A stretch of 64,000 nucleotides of DNA from the NCBI RefSeq assembly GCF_964204645.1, contig NC_134036.1, forward strand, positions 2,356,001-2,420,000, in the 5' to 3' direction. The DNA is from Tubulanus polymorphus (lineage: Eukaryota > Animalia > Nemertea). The notes under the pieces are model-generated. The model had not been told where the DNA came from and made no database searches. It worked only from the letters and a program-made list of their open reading frames with translations. The translations under genes and the position numbers were made by a program. Below, one piece after another: positions 53,238 to 64,000 of the stretch; within the stretch, counting starts at the first letter, position 1; each line of letters opens with the position of its first letter.

Positions 53238-53699
53238 AAATATATTCTCAAAACGGCCAACTTCACAAGAGAGGCTTTAAATAAATATATTCTCAAAACG
53301 ACCAACTTCTCGCAAGAGAGGCTTTAAATAAATATATTCTCAAAACGACCAACTTCTCACAAGAGAGGCTTTAAATAAATATATTCTCAAAACGACCAAC
53401 TTCTCACAAGAGAGGCTTTAAATAAATATATTCTCAAAACGACCAACTTCTCGCAAGAGAGGCTTTAAATAAATATATTCTCAAAACGACCAACTTCTCA
53501 CAAGAGAGGCTTTAAATAAATATATTCTCAAAACGACCAACTTCTCACAAGAGAGGCTTTAAATAAATATATTCTCAAAACGACCAACTTCTCACAAGAG
53601 AGGCTTTAAATAAATATATTCTCAAAACGACCAACTTCTCACAAGAGAGGCTTTAAATAAATATATTCTCAAAACGACCAACTTCTCGCAAGAGAGGCT
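53238..53699. repeat. 47-bp near-perfect tandem array, about 10 copies
   Basis: Unit AAATATATTCTCAAAACGACCAACTTCTCRCAAGAGAGGCTTTAAAT. Confidence 0.97.
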
Positions 53700-55319
53700 A
53701 CAGAAGAATAGCTGTATTCTTCACTTACGGGACGGAGTTTCATTAGAAACGCCGTAATGTTTATGCACTGATTATTTAGTGGAATAACAGAAAAGATACT
53801 CGTAATATCTCCTACTGTACAATTAAAGATTACAAAAATAGTTTGTGCGTGTGTGTTCAGATGGCAGCACCGGCCGATCTATCGCCGAATTCAAACACAT
53901 TTTAGAAAATCAGATGTATTAAAAACCCCATATTTCCAAAATGGTTTAGATATATGTAGATCTCGCCTGTATTTGCGAATAGCGTTAACAGCAGGCTTAT
54001 CGAATAGATCTGAAGTAATGCTGGTGCAATGGAACGTTAAAATTCTACATCTTAAATAGTTTTTAAATTCTTTAGGACACGGGCAAAACGACGGCTTTAA
54101 CCTAACAAAAACGAATCAGTCGATAATAGGTAGACGATTATCAGATATTTTGCTAGAAATAAGTGGATATACTTCCAATATCAATGATCTAATAATAATA
54201 ATTTATCGGTTTAAAATCTGTTTAATTGATCTGATTAATTTATCTGTTAAAATCGCTCTACTAAACGGTAATCATAGCGCTTTACGATAGTAATACCTGA
54301 AACCGTTAAACTATTAAAATAACATTATGCATTACATGAACACGAAAACAAACTGTAAAACACATTATTCAATGGTAAAAACTTTCCTAAACGGATTTGT
54401 TTTGAGGTTTCGTTTAAAAGCATCGACGGATAAGGATTCCCAAATACTGGACGGTAAAATATTCCATCTCAGCGGTCGTTGTATTTATTCAGAACGTAGA
54501 CCTTAGTAGACTACCAACTGCGTCCAGCATTTGACTCGAAATTAACGTTCATTTTAAGTTGGTCGATATTACTTGTTTTTTATTACATATACCGGTTGTA
54601 ATCGAACATTAAATCAATGATAAACTAAACTTCGTTGCAAATAAGAGGGTCTGAAAACGATCAGTGTATTTTCATGGGCATCATCGCAGCATTGGAGCAG
54701 TGGGGATTCAAATTGTTTTCTTTTTTAATCATTAGTTTTCGATAAAGTTTATTCCATATGCCGTGTGTATAGAGGTGACGTCGCGTCGGTGTTTTATCAT
54801 GCGGCAACTTCGACAATTCGAATGTTCAGAGATATTTCTATAGATCAATATTTCAATGGTACCCGTGTGCCCGGTCTATATGCTAGATGTATTACAGAGG
54901 TGACGTCACGATCGCTCGGCGTGTGTAACAGCGGAACGATCTATACACTTCAATGTAAACCCTTTCAACGACCAGAGACAACAGCGCGGCTGCCTATTGG
55001 TCAGTATTGAAATACGCCACCGGTCGACAGTGAGTAGAATCACTAAGCCGGTCATTCATCTCTTGATCTTCACACTGTGCAGACCTGATTTCGAATATGG
55101 CGTTCATCCCGGCGATCATCCTGGCGATCATCCTCGCGATAACGCTGCGCTCTACTAGCTGGTTCTTTCCATATAAAGAACGACGTCTTTATGTTTTATG
55201 TGTTACTGTCCGTCCGTGTACTGTCCTGTACTGTTCTGTGTTTATTAACCCGTTCTATTTTTCAGGATCTAATCCGTTTTATTTTTCAGGGCCGATTTAT
55301 CTGTCGATTTTCAACGTTC

Positions 55320-56098
55320 TATGGAACAAAACTAATGTCCGAAAGCGTCGGCTCTTTCGCCGGTCATGTGCAGGGGATGTCAGAAAAAGAGTCGGTCAGG
55401 AAATGCTGCCCTCTACACGCCTTCATACGGAACACGAAAACCAGGACGACAACTGCTTCACGTTCGTTATCTAACTGCAGAGTGTGCTTGGCGACGTCAA
55501 TGACGGGCACATCTGTCGGATTGTTCGCGGTAAAAATGGCGCGGTTATACTGGACTGTCACGCTACTAGCATTCATTGTGTCCTTGTGACCGCCCGGATG
55601 AGGGATGATTCTACTGTCACGCTCTTTGTTTCTGGTATTCTGAGTCGGCTGAGGGATGATTCTACTGTCACGCTCTTTGATTTCTAGTTTGAGCGCTAGT
55701 TTTCATTGTGTCCTTGTGATAACCTCGGTCAGTGGATGAAGTCTCTCGTCGGCTTGTGAGTGCTAGTTTCATTGTGTCCTTGCGACAACCTCGGTCAGTG
55801 GATGAAGTCTCTTGTCACGCTTTTGGGTGCTAGTTGAGATCCTGAATCTCAACCCGGTCAATCTGGTTGTACTGCGCTATTTTTGCCTTGAACAATCGCA
55901 CAGGTTTGTCAGTTACTAACGTCGCCCAGTACACCCTGTGGTTAGATGGTGTACATGGGGAGTTGTCATTCAGGTTTTCGCGTTCTGTGTGAGGGCGTGT
56001 AGAGGGCAGCGAATTCCTGGCTGACTCTTTTTCTGGTATCCTCCGCTCATGAACGGCGAAGGAGAGCCGACGCTTTCGGGCATTAGTTTTGTTCCGTA
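55320..56098 (+). ncRNA. Candidate long hairpin RNA: diverged inverted repeat, arms 55320-55557 and 55859-56098, ~300-nt internally repeated loop
   Basis: Manual alignment of arm 1 with the reverse complement of arm 2: ~78% identity; 28 differences form G:U on the + strand RNA, 8 form A:C, ~14 are transversions. The inverted repeat is certain; RNA function is inferred. Confidence 0.6.
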
Positions 56099-56203
56099 CC
56101 AGGTTTTCATCTCTGTTCTTTTTTTTCATTTCAGGACTCCCACAGAAGACGACGACGCCCCAAGAGGACAGAAGATGGCGATGCTACAACAAGACGATAC
56201 TGA

Positions 56204-56638
56204 ACTCGGCAATCTTGACAAAGTTAAGTTGATAAACATGAACATTACAATTAATCGAAGAATTGTAACTACAGAATGTCTTTCTTTTACTCATTTTAGG
56301 TACACTTAATCTGAACACGCCCATCATGATTAAGAAGATGACGGAGACACCATAGGACGATGAAAAAAGGATGCTCGGCAATCTTGAGAAAGTTAAGTTG
56401 ATTAACATGTAAATCACAATTAATCAAAGAATTGTTTGACTACAGTATGTCTTTCTTTTACTCATTTTAGGTAAACTTAATCTGAACACCCCCACCACGA
56501 TTAAGAAGATGACGGAGACACCATAGGACGATGCAAAAAAGGATGCTCAGCAATCTTAAGAAAGTTAAGTCGATACACATGTCAATTACAATTAGTCAAT
56601 TCTGTGACTACAGAATGTCATTCTTTTACTCATTGCAG
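56204..56638 (+). repeat. ~171-bp tandem repeat whose unit resembles exon plus intron (2.5 copies)
   Basis: CTCGGCAATCTTGA.AAAGTTAAGT...TTTACTCATTTTAG recurs. Confidence 0.9.
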
Positions 56639-57577
56639 CCTAACATGAAACTGGAAAGGCCCAGCATGAGATACATCAGCCATCTAGAACCTACCGACCA
56701 AAAGTCACCACAGAAAACTCCAGCTTGAATTAAACTCGTCAACAAAACACCAAGAGACCTTTCGAAACGGAACCTGGCAGTCTTGATAAAAAGCTAAGTT
56801 GATTTTTCATTTCTGGTTTAGCATCAATGGCAGGATGCGTAGCACTGAAGAGAACAGAGGCGCTGGTGAAGTTCTAAATTTTACTATTAACTGATTGAAG
56901 ATTGAAGCTCTGTAGCCGGTATATGGTTATCAGTGAGTTGAAATCTATGACAATCATTGCTCTAAATAGTACTCGTATATATATTCTCGTATATATATTC
57001 TCATATGTATATTCTTGGCTGAGTAATGAAGTGTAGATAGGTCAGTTATTAATCAACAGATTTAACTTAAGTGTTACTAGGATATAGGCAGTCAAATTAC
57101 CAAAACAAACTATAGCTAAAACTATAGCTATATAGCTTAATAATTAACTGATTGTTTAGATATCTAAAATAAAGATGAATTCAAATGATCCGAAATTCTT
57201 CTAGTATAGACATTTCAGACCTCTATATTGTTTAATTTACATGTGACGGTCTGCACGGCTGATCTTATATCCAGCCTCATATTCTGTTGTCACAAGTGTA
57301 AATTATCATCAATGCTTATTAGGATGGTGTGCCTCAAAGGATGTTTTTTTTTCTTATTTCAGCTGAACTCTATCCTGGAAATAATGGTCTTCGATTGGTA
57401 AATGACAACCAAAAGTAGATGACTACTGATGCCGATGAAAACTGCAGACGTCCAGATGAGAAGTTGTAGAGCCAGCAGCAGCGAGTTATCGCCCAACGAT
57501 GGATTTCTTCAACGAATGATGGTGGATCTCTACCAACACCGATTCAGGAGCAGCAGTAGCGGATCCCATCAACACTC

Positions 57578-57779
57578 GAGGAGCAGCATGGACAATAGCG
57601 CGTCTTATAAACACTGATCCAGGAGGAGCAGAGACAATAGTGTATCTTATAAACACTGACTGAGGAGCAGCTAGTGCATCTTATAAACACTGACTGAGGA
57701 GCAGCTAGTGCATCTTATAAACACTTGAGGAGCAGCTTGTGCATCTTATGAACACTTGAGGAGCAGCAGAGACAATAAT
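57578..57779. repeat. ~31-38-bp tandem repeat (GAGGAGCAGC...CATCTTATAAACACT)
   Basis: About six units. Confidence 0.9.
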
Positions 57780-60700
57780 GGACTTCAAAGTAAAGTACTG
57801 ATTTATTTTTACGCTTCAAACTTGTACAAACTGGTCTAGTCAGAAATGTATTTCACAAAATTTACTAGATTACAGTCTACTTGTAATGAATTATTCAATG
57901 AAATTGAAGTTAGGTTAATTAGGGTTCTGTGGCCTGAGAAGGAACTATCTACGTTTGAATATTGCAATAAAATCGCATCCTTATACTTTAAATTAATTGG
58001 GCGAACTGTTTTCGAGAAGACTAATGAATTTATAAACAGGAGTCATTCTGTTTTGTAATCTTTACTGAAAGTTCCTTCTTAGAGTCTCAAAAAATCTACG
58101 CTGCGTGATTTTGACCTTTGCTCCCAGATAGATTAGTTAAGTTAGGTTAGATTAGTTAAGTTAGGTTTGTGACGCTGTTTCAATGATCGCGTCCACCGCC
58201 AATCGACTCATAGGTTGGTTGAGTTGCGCCTAAACTGAGATATAGAATCAACATGATATTGCGAACTTTAGTTCAGATAATTTTCATACTTCGTTAAGCT
58301 TAACTTGGAATGATTTGTAATAATGACATATAAACCTGTTCTCCACATCAGCCTGCCATGATTGGATGAATTGGTCTTTTAGTCTTCTATCAATCTTAGA
58401 AATAGTGGTTCATTTTATATTTCCTTGGCATGAAAATAATGTGCTATGCCTAAACGTTTAAGTAGCCAGGATTTTTAACAGTTGTATATCTGCGAAAATA
58501 TGTCGACATAAATTTTTAGACTTAACTTTTAGACATAATAAAAAAGATATGCGTAATATTCTCGTTTTTGGATTTCAATGTTTAAAAAATCGTAATTTGG
58601 CCAAAAAGTGTGGTGCCACACCTACAGTTCTGTACATACTCGCTTTTTAACATTGGTTTGGAAACAAATTTCTGCGATTGGAAATCATTTAAATGTATCA
58701 AGATTTTTATGGACGACTGACCAGTCCGGTGCGCCTTGTACCAATCATTTTAGAGCAGATAATAACCGCTTTGAGTTCATAACGTTAGGCAGTGTTCTGC
58801 GTACAAATGAGTATTTACAGAACTGTAGATGTACTATTCTCGTGGCTTTGATTTTTCAAAGGCCCATATTTGGGAAGTTGTACAAGATGACGGATTTGAC
58901 CAATGAGTTGACTATTTTGATTTTCACCTGGAGTTCTAACTTAAGAGCTTTCATAGCTCTGTACGATGATCATACCTGGTTATTTGAAAACAGTTACATC
59001 ATCATATAGGAGTTGTTTGTATTCACATAAAAGAGGTATAGCCAGGAATAACTTGGTCTTAGGTTATAGCTAAGAATAACTTTGAACCTTTTTGTTTGTT
59101 GATAGCTGTTTTAACTTCTATTGTAATGGGTAAATCCATATCACGAGGTTGAGATGATCACTTAGCTTCAAATCTGGGTGTTTAATTGTAAACGATTATA
59201 TAAATACAGCAGTGAATTGATAGCGCTTTTCGAAAAATGAGCCCGCCAGAAAAAATGCCTGATGATGTAAATAGAGAAGTATAAATAATACTCAACACAA
59301 AATACATACGTAGTACATAATTAAAGGAAAATAAACAAAACAATAAATAAAATAAATAATAAAAAACTAAATAAATAATGACAACAAAGAATTAATGGAT
59401 ATTCTATTTACATCAATCATCGGGCATTTTTTTCAAAAATCTATCAGCGCAGTAAATAAGGTTCTTCATTTTATAGATTAACCTTCTCTAAGTATGCCAA
59501 CAACTTGTGATCTTTTCTGTTGTTATTTTTGAAGCATTCTATCAGCTCAGTTAATAATAAACGAAACAAATAATCATAAACCTAAACTAAATCGAACACA
59601 CTGAAAAAAATAACTGATAGGATAGAATGCTTTGAATAACTAATGAGAGGTCAAACGTCCTTTGAACTAGCGCACCCAGTCACTGTTATAACTATTGATT
59701 GTTTAAGGGGTACTCTGGTGAATAAAATGTGATTGGTACAATTTACACAAGTGTTAAAACAGCTATGAACTTAAATTATTGATATCATTGCTGATATCAT
59801 TGTTGATTATTTATTGACAGTATAATCATTTAATGTTTTCTTAAGCTGGAAGAAAAATGTCAGAATAGTTATTTCAAGTGAAGTAATAATGTCTGAAAAT
59901 CTTAATTGAGACAATGCAACTAGGTAAAAATATAGTTTTCTAATAAAAATGTCAACGAAAATGAAATTAAAGATTGATTTATTAATCTTAAGCTTTCCAG
60001 AGTGAATTCATAGGTTTTATCTCTATTTTAATGCTTTTATATTGAACTGTTTTCGCAATACAGTTCACGTGTTTGTTCACGAGGAACTTATATATCATAT
60101 GTTCATTAGGACCTTACATGATGAATCCTTGAGTTTAATATCTGCCATTTAACAAGATATAATTGTTGTCATAAGAATAAAACTACATGTTCATCACTCA
60201 TGTTATATCTCTTCAATCGTTTAATTTAGTTCAGTTTAGTTTAGTTCAGTTTAGTTTATAGCAACTTTTTCAATGTTGTGGCTTTCAGTGGTTCATAAAA
60301 TACAGATTTAATTAAGGTCCTGTCTAAACTAAAGGAGCAGTTCCTTGATAAATGAGGAACATTTAGCAGTGTTAATTAGTAAGTTGTTCTAGTTTAAAGT
60401 TTATACGTCCATACTGTGGTTGGACTGTTTTTGAAATATACAGTCATCGTGTTTGAGGAACTTACATTATGATTCCTCAAGCACGTAATCTGGCATCTTC
60501 TATAATTGTTGTATACCTCCCATGGTTGGACTGTTTTTGAAATAGAATCCAAATGTTAGAGGAACTTATAATTCCACGAGCATTTTGTATAAATGTTGTA
60601 AGAGAATAAATATGATTTACGTTAAAACCTTCTAATTCTTAAGCGAAGTTTTTAGCAAAAATCCAATTGCTTTCCTACCGAAATACCGATTTCAATTGTG

Positions 60701-62249
60701 GTTCAACCGAATATAGAGGAGCAGTTTCTCGATAAATGAGGAATTTCTGAATAGTGATAATCATTTTTGTCCTAGCTATATTTTGATTGTCATCTCTGTT
60801 TAATTCGACTCTTGTTTTGTCACTTGTAACAGAAGCTCAAACTTTTTGTCACCTTGCAACCATGCGTGCGTACGGAATACACATATGTCTTAGGAGAAAT
60901 ACTCAATTCAGGGACAATATTTCGTCCGTCAATCAAGTTTTTGAAAGGCACCTGGATACGTATCTGATTTCAATGTGACGATTGGTTTTTAAGTGAGCGA
61001 CTTTTGAATTGATGTTGATATTGTGGTTTTGTCTCAATGATATTTATCAATACTGGAAATAGTATCAATTATTTACGTCAACCAGATTCATTGTCACTGG
61101 TAGTCGATAATATCGCCAACTGTTAGAATTTCTCAGAACTAGTATTTACGTTGTGCGCTGCCGAGCGATCACTCAATCGCCATCTATTGGAACACAGCAT
61201 CATTATATCTTACACAATATTTTTTGGAATCAAGTTTTACTCAGGCCTTATTTCAGATAATCATACCCATCGGCAATATTGTTTCCCCCAAGGGATGAAA
61301 ACTATATTGCGACGTGATAGTAAAAATTTGTTAAGACTTTTATCTTTCATCGGCACATAAAATTCTCAAACCCTTGGGGGCTTTGCTCGGCGTGCGAAAA
61401 ATCTATTTCAATGATTTTTGTCTTTAAGACTACTTCATCATGTTGCATGTACTATGATAAATGTTTGTAGACTTTTATCTTTCGAAAGCCTACTTGAAAG
61501 CCTACATCGAAATCAAGTTATGAGAATTTAATTCTTGTTCAAATGAAGCCCACGGGCTTGGTCCTGTTTTGTTTATTTCATCGGTGTTCCATCAGTTTTC
61601 TTCAAATAAATGATGTTGACTTTTATCAATCGAATCAAAATGTTCAAATTCTTCTTTATTTCTATCTTATCAAATGCGATGATATTTTTCGAAATAAAAG
61701 TTGTATTTTTCGTTGGTTCGTTCATTTATTTGTTCGTCTAACTCACACAGAACTTGGTTTCCCAAATTTTATCGTTTTCTTCCAAAGAAGGAAATATCAT
61801 TATACCAATGCTTTCAAATTCTACAAAGTCTTAAGACAAAAATTGTTTGATTTTAAACACCACCTCGATAAATTTCAATAAATTTCTCTAATTTTTACAC
61901 AAAACTATATCCTACTATCACTGACTTGCGTTAAGAAAAAAGAAATTCCCAGACTTTTCCATGATATCACTGGTTTCTCGGTTAGTGACCTTCTTGCCTA
62001 TCTAAATCACTTGTTGCAACCTGTTTCATGTGGGGAACCCCAAAGTTCAGCACAAAAACCCCCAAATAAATAATTCACTTTATCGAGACTACTTGATGGA
62101 AAAGTTCAAACATATCCCTTTTCAAATGAGGCATATTACATATTTTTAAGACAGAAAACCTATCCAAAAATTAAAACGGTTGTCGAAAAAATGTCTCCAA
62201 CATTCAGCACTATGTGGCGCTACTGGTACGATCACCAAAACGATGAATG

Positions 62250-62253
<4 letters not shown>

Positions 62254-62312
<59 letters not shown>
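62254..62312. repeat. (TA)n microsatellite
   Basis: Direct inspection. Confidence 0.98.
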
Positions 62313-62314
<2 letters not shown>

Positions 62315-62700
62315 GGACGTATATAAGGCACTTCCGGTTGACTAGTTCCAGTTGGTTAAGTTCCGGACGACTAGTAGTCAACGGCGATGATGAAGGCAAT
62401 TTATGTCGTCTGTTACCGAGAGAGACAGTGACGCAAAGATAACGCGGATGAATGCAGGCGACTTCACACGCTGCAACTCGGATGCTGAAACGTGCTCCGT
62501 TACTAAACATCTTACAGTAAGATGAAATCAGCCAATAATTCACATTCCGAGCACTATAAAGATATCGGTATGTCTTTACAGCAAGACACTTCTAGAAAAA
62601 AATCGTCACCGCATTCATATATTCCCATATGTAGAGAATCCCATAACAAAAAGATGATATAAAGTCTAATAAAAGTTTCCTTGTGGTAGCATTTGAAGGA

Positions 62701-63525
62701 TTCCTGAAAATGACTATTAGGACATAGCCAAAATAACGAATAAACTACACTAGCTCAAGTAATACAGTATTTCTGAAGATGACTATTAGGATAAAGTCGA
62801 AACGTCGAATAAACTACACTAGCTCAAAGAATACAGTTGTATTCTTGAACATGACTATAAGAATAAAGTTGAAAAGTTGAATAAACTACACTAGCTCAAG
62901 TAATACAGTATCCCTGAAAAGACTATTAGGACATAGTCAAAATAACGAATAAACTACACTAGCTCAAGTAATACAGTATTCCTAAAGATGACTATTAGGA
63001 TAAAGTCAAAACGTTGAATAAACTACACTAGCTCAAGGAATACAGTATTCCTGAAGATGACTATTAGGATAAAGTCAAAACGTTGAATAAACAACACTAG
63101 CTTAAGAAATGCAGTATTCTTGAAGATGACTATTAGGATAAAGTCAAAAGGTTGAATAAACTGCACTAGCTCAAGGAATACAATTGTATGTATTCTTGAA
63201 GATGACTATAAGAATATAGTTGAAAAGTTGAATAAACTACACTAGCTCAAGTAATACAGTATTCCTGAAGATGACTATTAGGATACAGTCGAAACGTTGA
63301 ATAAACTACACTAGCTCAAGGAATACAGTATTCCTGAAGATGACTATTAGGATACAGTCGAAACGTTGAATAAACTACTCTAGCTCAAGGAATACAGTAT
63401 TCCTGAAGATGACTATTAGGATATAGTCGAAACGTTGAATAAACTACACTAGCTCAAGGAATACAGTATTCCTGAAGATGACTATTAGGATAAAGTCGAA
63501 ACGTTGAATAAACTTCTGGCTCAAG
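62701..63525. repeat. 69-bp tandem satellite, about 12 copies
   Basis: Unit TTCCTGAAGATGACTATTAGGATAAAGTCGAAACGTTGAATAAACTACACTAGCTCAAGGAATACAGTA. Confidence 0.97.
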
Positions 63526-64000
63526 AAAACATTTTTTGGAATTACCGGGGGTAATGTTATTTTTTCGCTACTACAGTGGGTCTCTCTACAATATCATCGT
63601 GACAATGAAAAAGAGAACTGATGTTACTGAACAAGTGTTTGATACTTTGACAACAAGTTAAACCACTAAGTACAGATAAGTTCTACATCGTTTGCCACTA
63701 GCCGCCCACAGACCGCCGGTAATCACTAAACCACGGATCGTCTGCGGTCTATGAACGGGAATCGATAGCCAGTGCTGGTGCTACTGCTGGTCTATCACAA
63801 CGTAATCCGTCTGCTTATAAATAAACTCGATACACAGGTTTTTATCGGCATCAACCGGCGAAGAAGAGATCATTGGAAAATAGGTTTCACATAAAGCACA
63901 GACGCGCGCGCATCCCCAGGAAAATATGGACTTAGTCGAATGAGTATTTCAGGTCAGATGGGATTAGTGTCTGAGTCCCATTCGGTTGAGTATTCGTGCC

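Larger units (their letters stand above)
55050..57971 (+). ncRNA. Putative spliced non-coding host transcript of the hairpin (candidate exons 56135-56222, 56300-56391, 56471-56563, from 56639, from 57363)
   Basis: Strong polypyrimidine-AG acceptors (ttttttttcatttcag 56134, ttttactcattttag 56299 and 56470, ttttactcattgcag 56638, ttcttatttcag 57362); GT donors AA|gttaag (weak); exon 56300-56391 has stops in all three frames; TGACGTC x2, ATTGG and TCATTC upstream; AATAAA at ~57966. Confidence 0.45.

Noticed and set aside
53238-53699. Possible CRISPR array (also 62701-63525 and 49517-49639)
   Set aside because: Head-to-tail units without unique spacers (or very short degenerate cores), no cas genes, eukaryotic context
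55097-55589. 125- and 132-aa + strand ORFs across hairpin arm 1
   Set aside because: No recognisable domain; indels between arms and the wobble-biased divergence fit RNA structure better than codon constraint
55595-55810. C/D-box snoRNA or hammerhead ribozyme in the hairpin loop (GATGA and CTGA words)
   Set aside because: No canonical RTGATGA with terminal stem, and no CTGATGA...GAAA core; needs an Rfam scan to exclude formally

Overview
AT-rich, intron/intergenic-type genomic DNA of an invertebrate animal (lophotrochozoan-like by my impression; not prokaryotic). None of the supplied ORFs looks like a recognisable protein; most arise from repeats or chance. Well supported: three identical tRNA-Gly(TCC) genes (49969-52251), many micro/minisatellites, several families of short palindromic MITEs with CWG flanks (PIF/Harbinger-like) and a tRNA-derived SINE-like head. 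The most striking unexplained structure is a ~240-bp diverged inverted repeat (55320-55557 / 55859-56098). Its transition differences are strongly biased to G:U wobbles on the + strand (28 vs 8 by hand count), and it lies in an apparently spliced non-coding transcription unit, so it is a candidate long hairpin-RNA (endo-siRNA-type) locus. Other inferences: a chain of minus-strand micro-exons (30261 to 5503) that splices into an open C-terminal reading frame, a window-wide excess of the motif CAGACGA that disappears over 52.8-62.4 kb, and a divergent CTCF-motif cluster beside the tRNA genes. All counts and alignments were done by eye.
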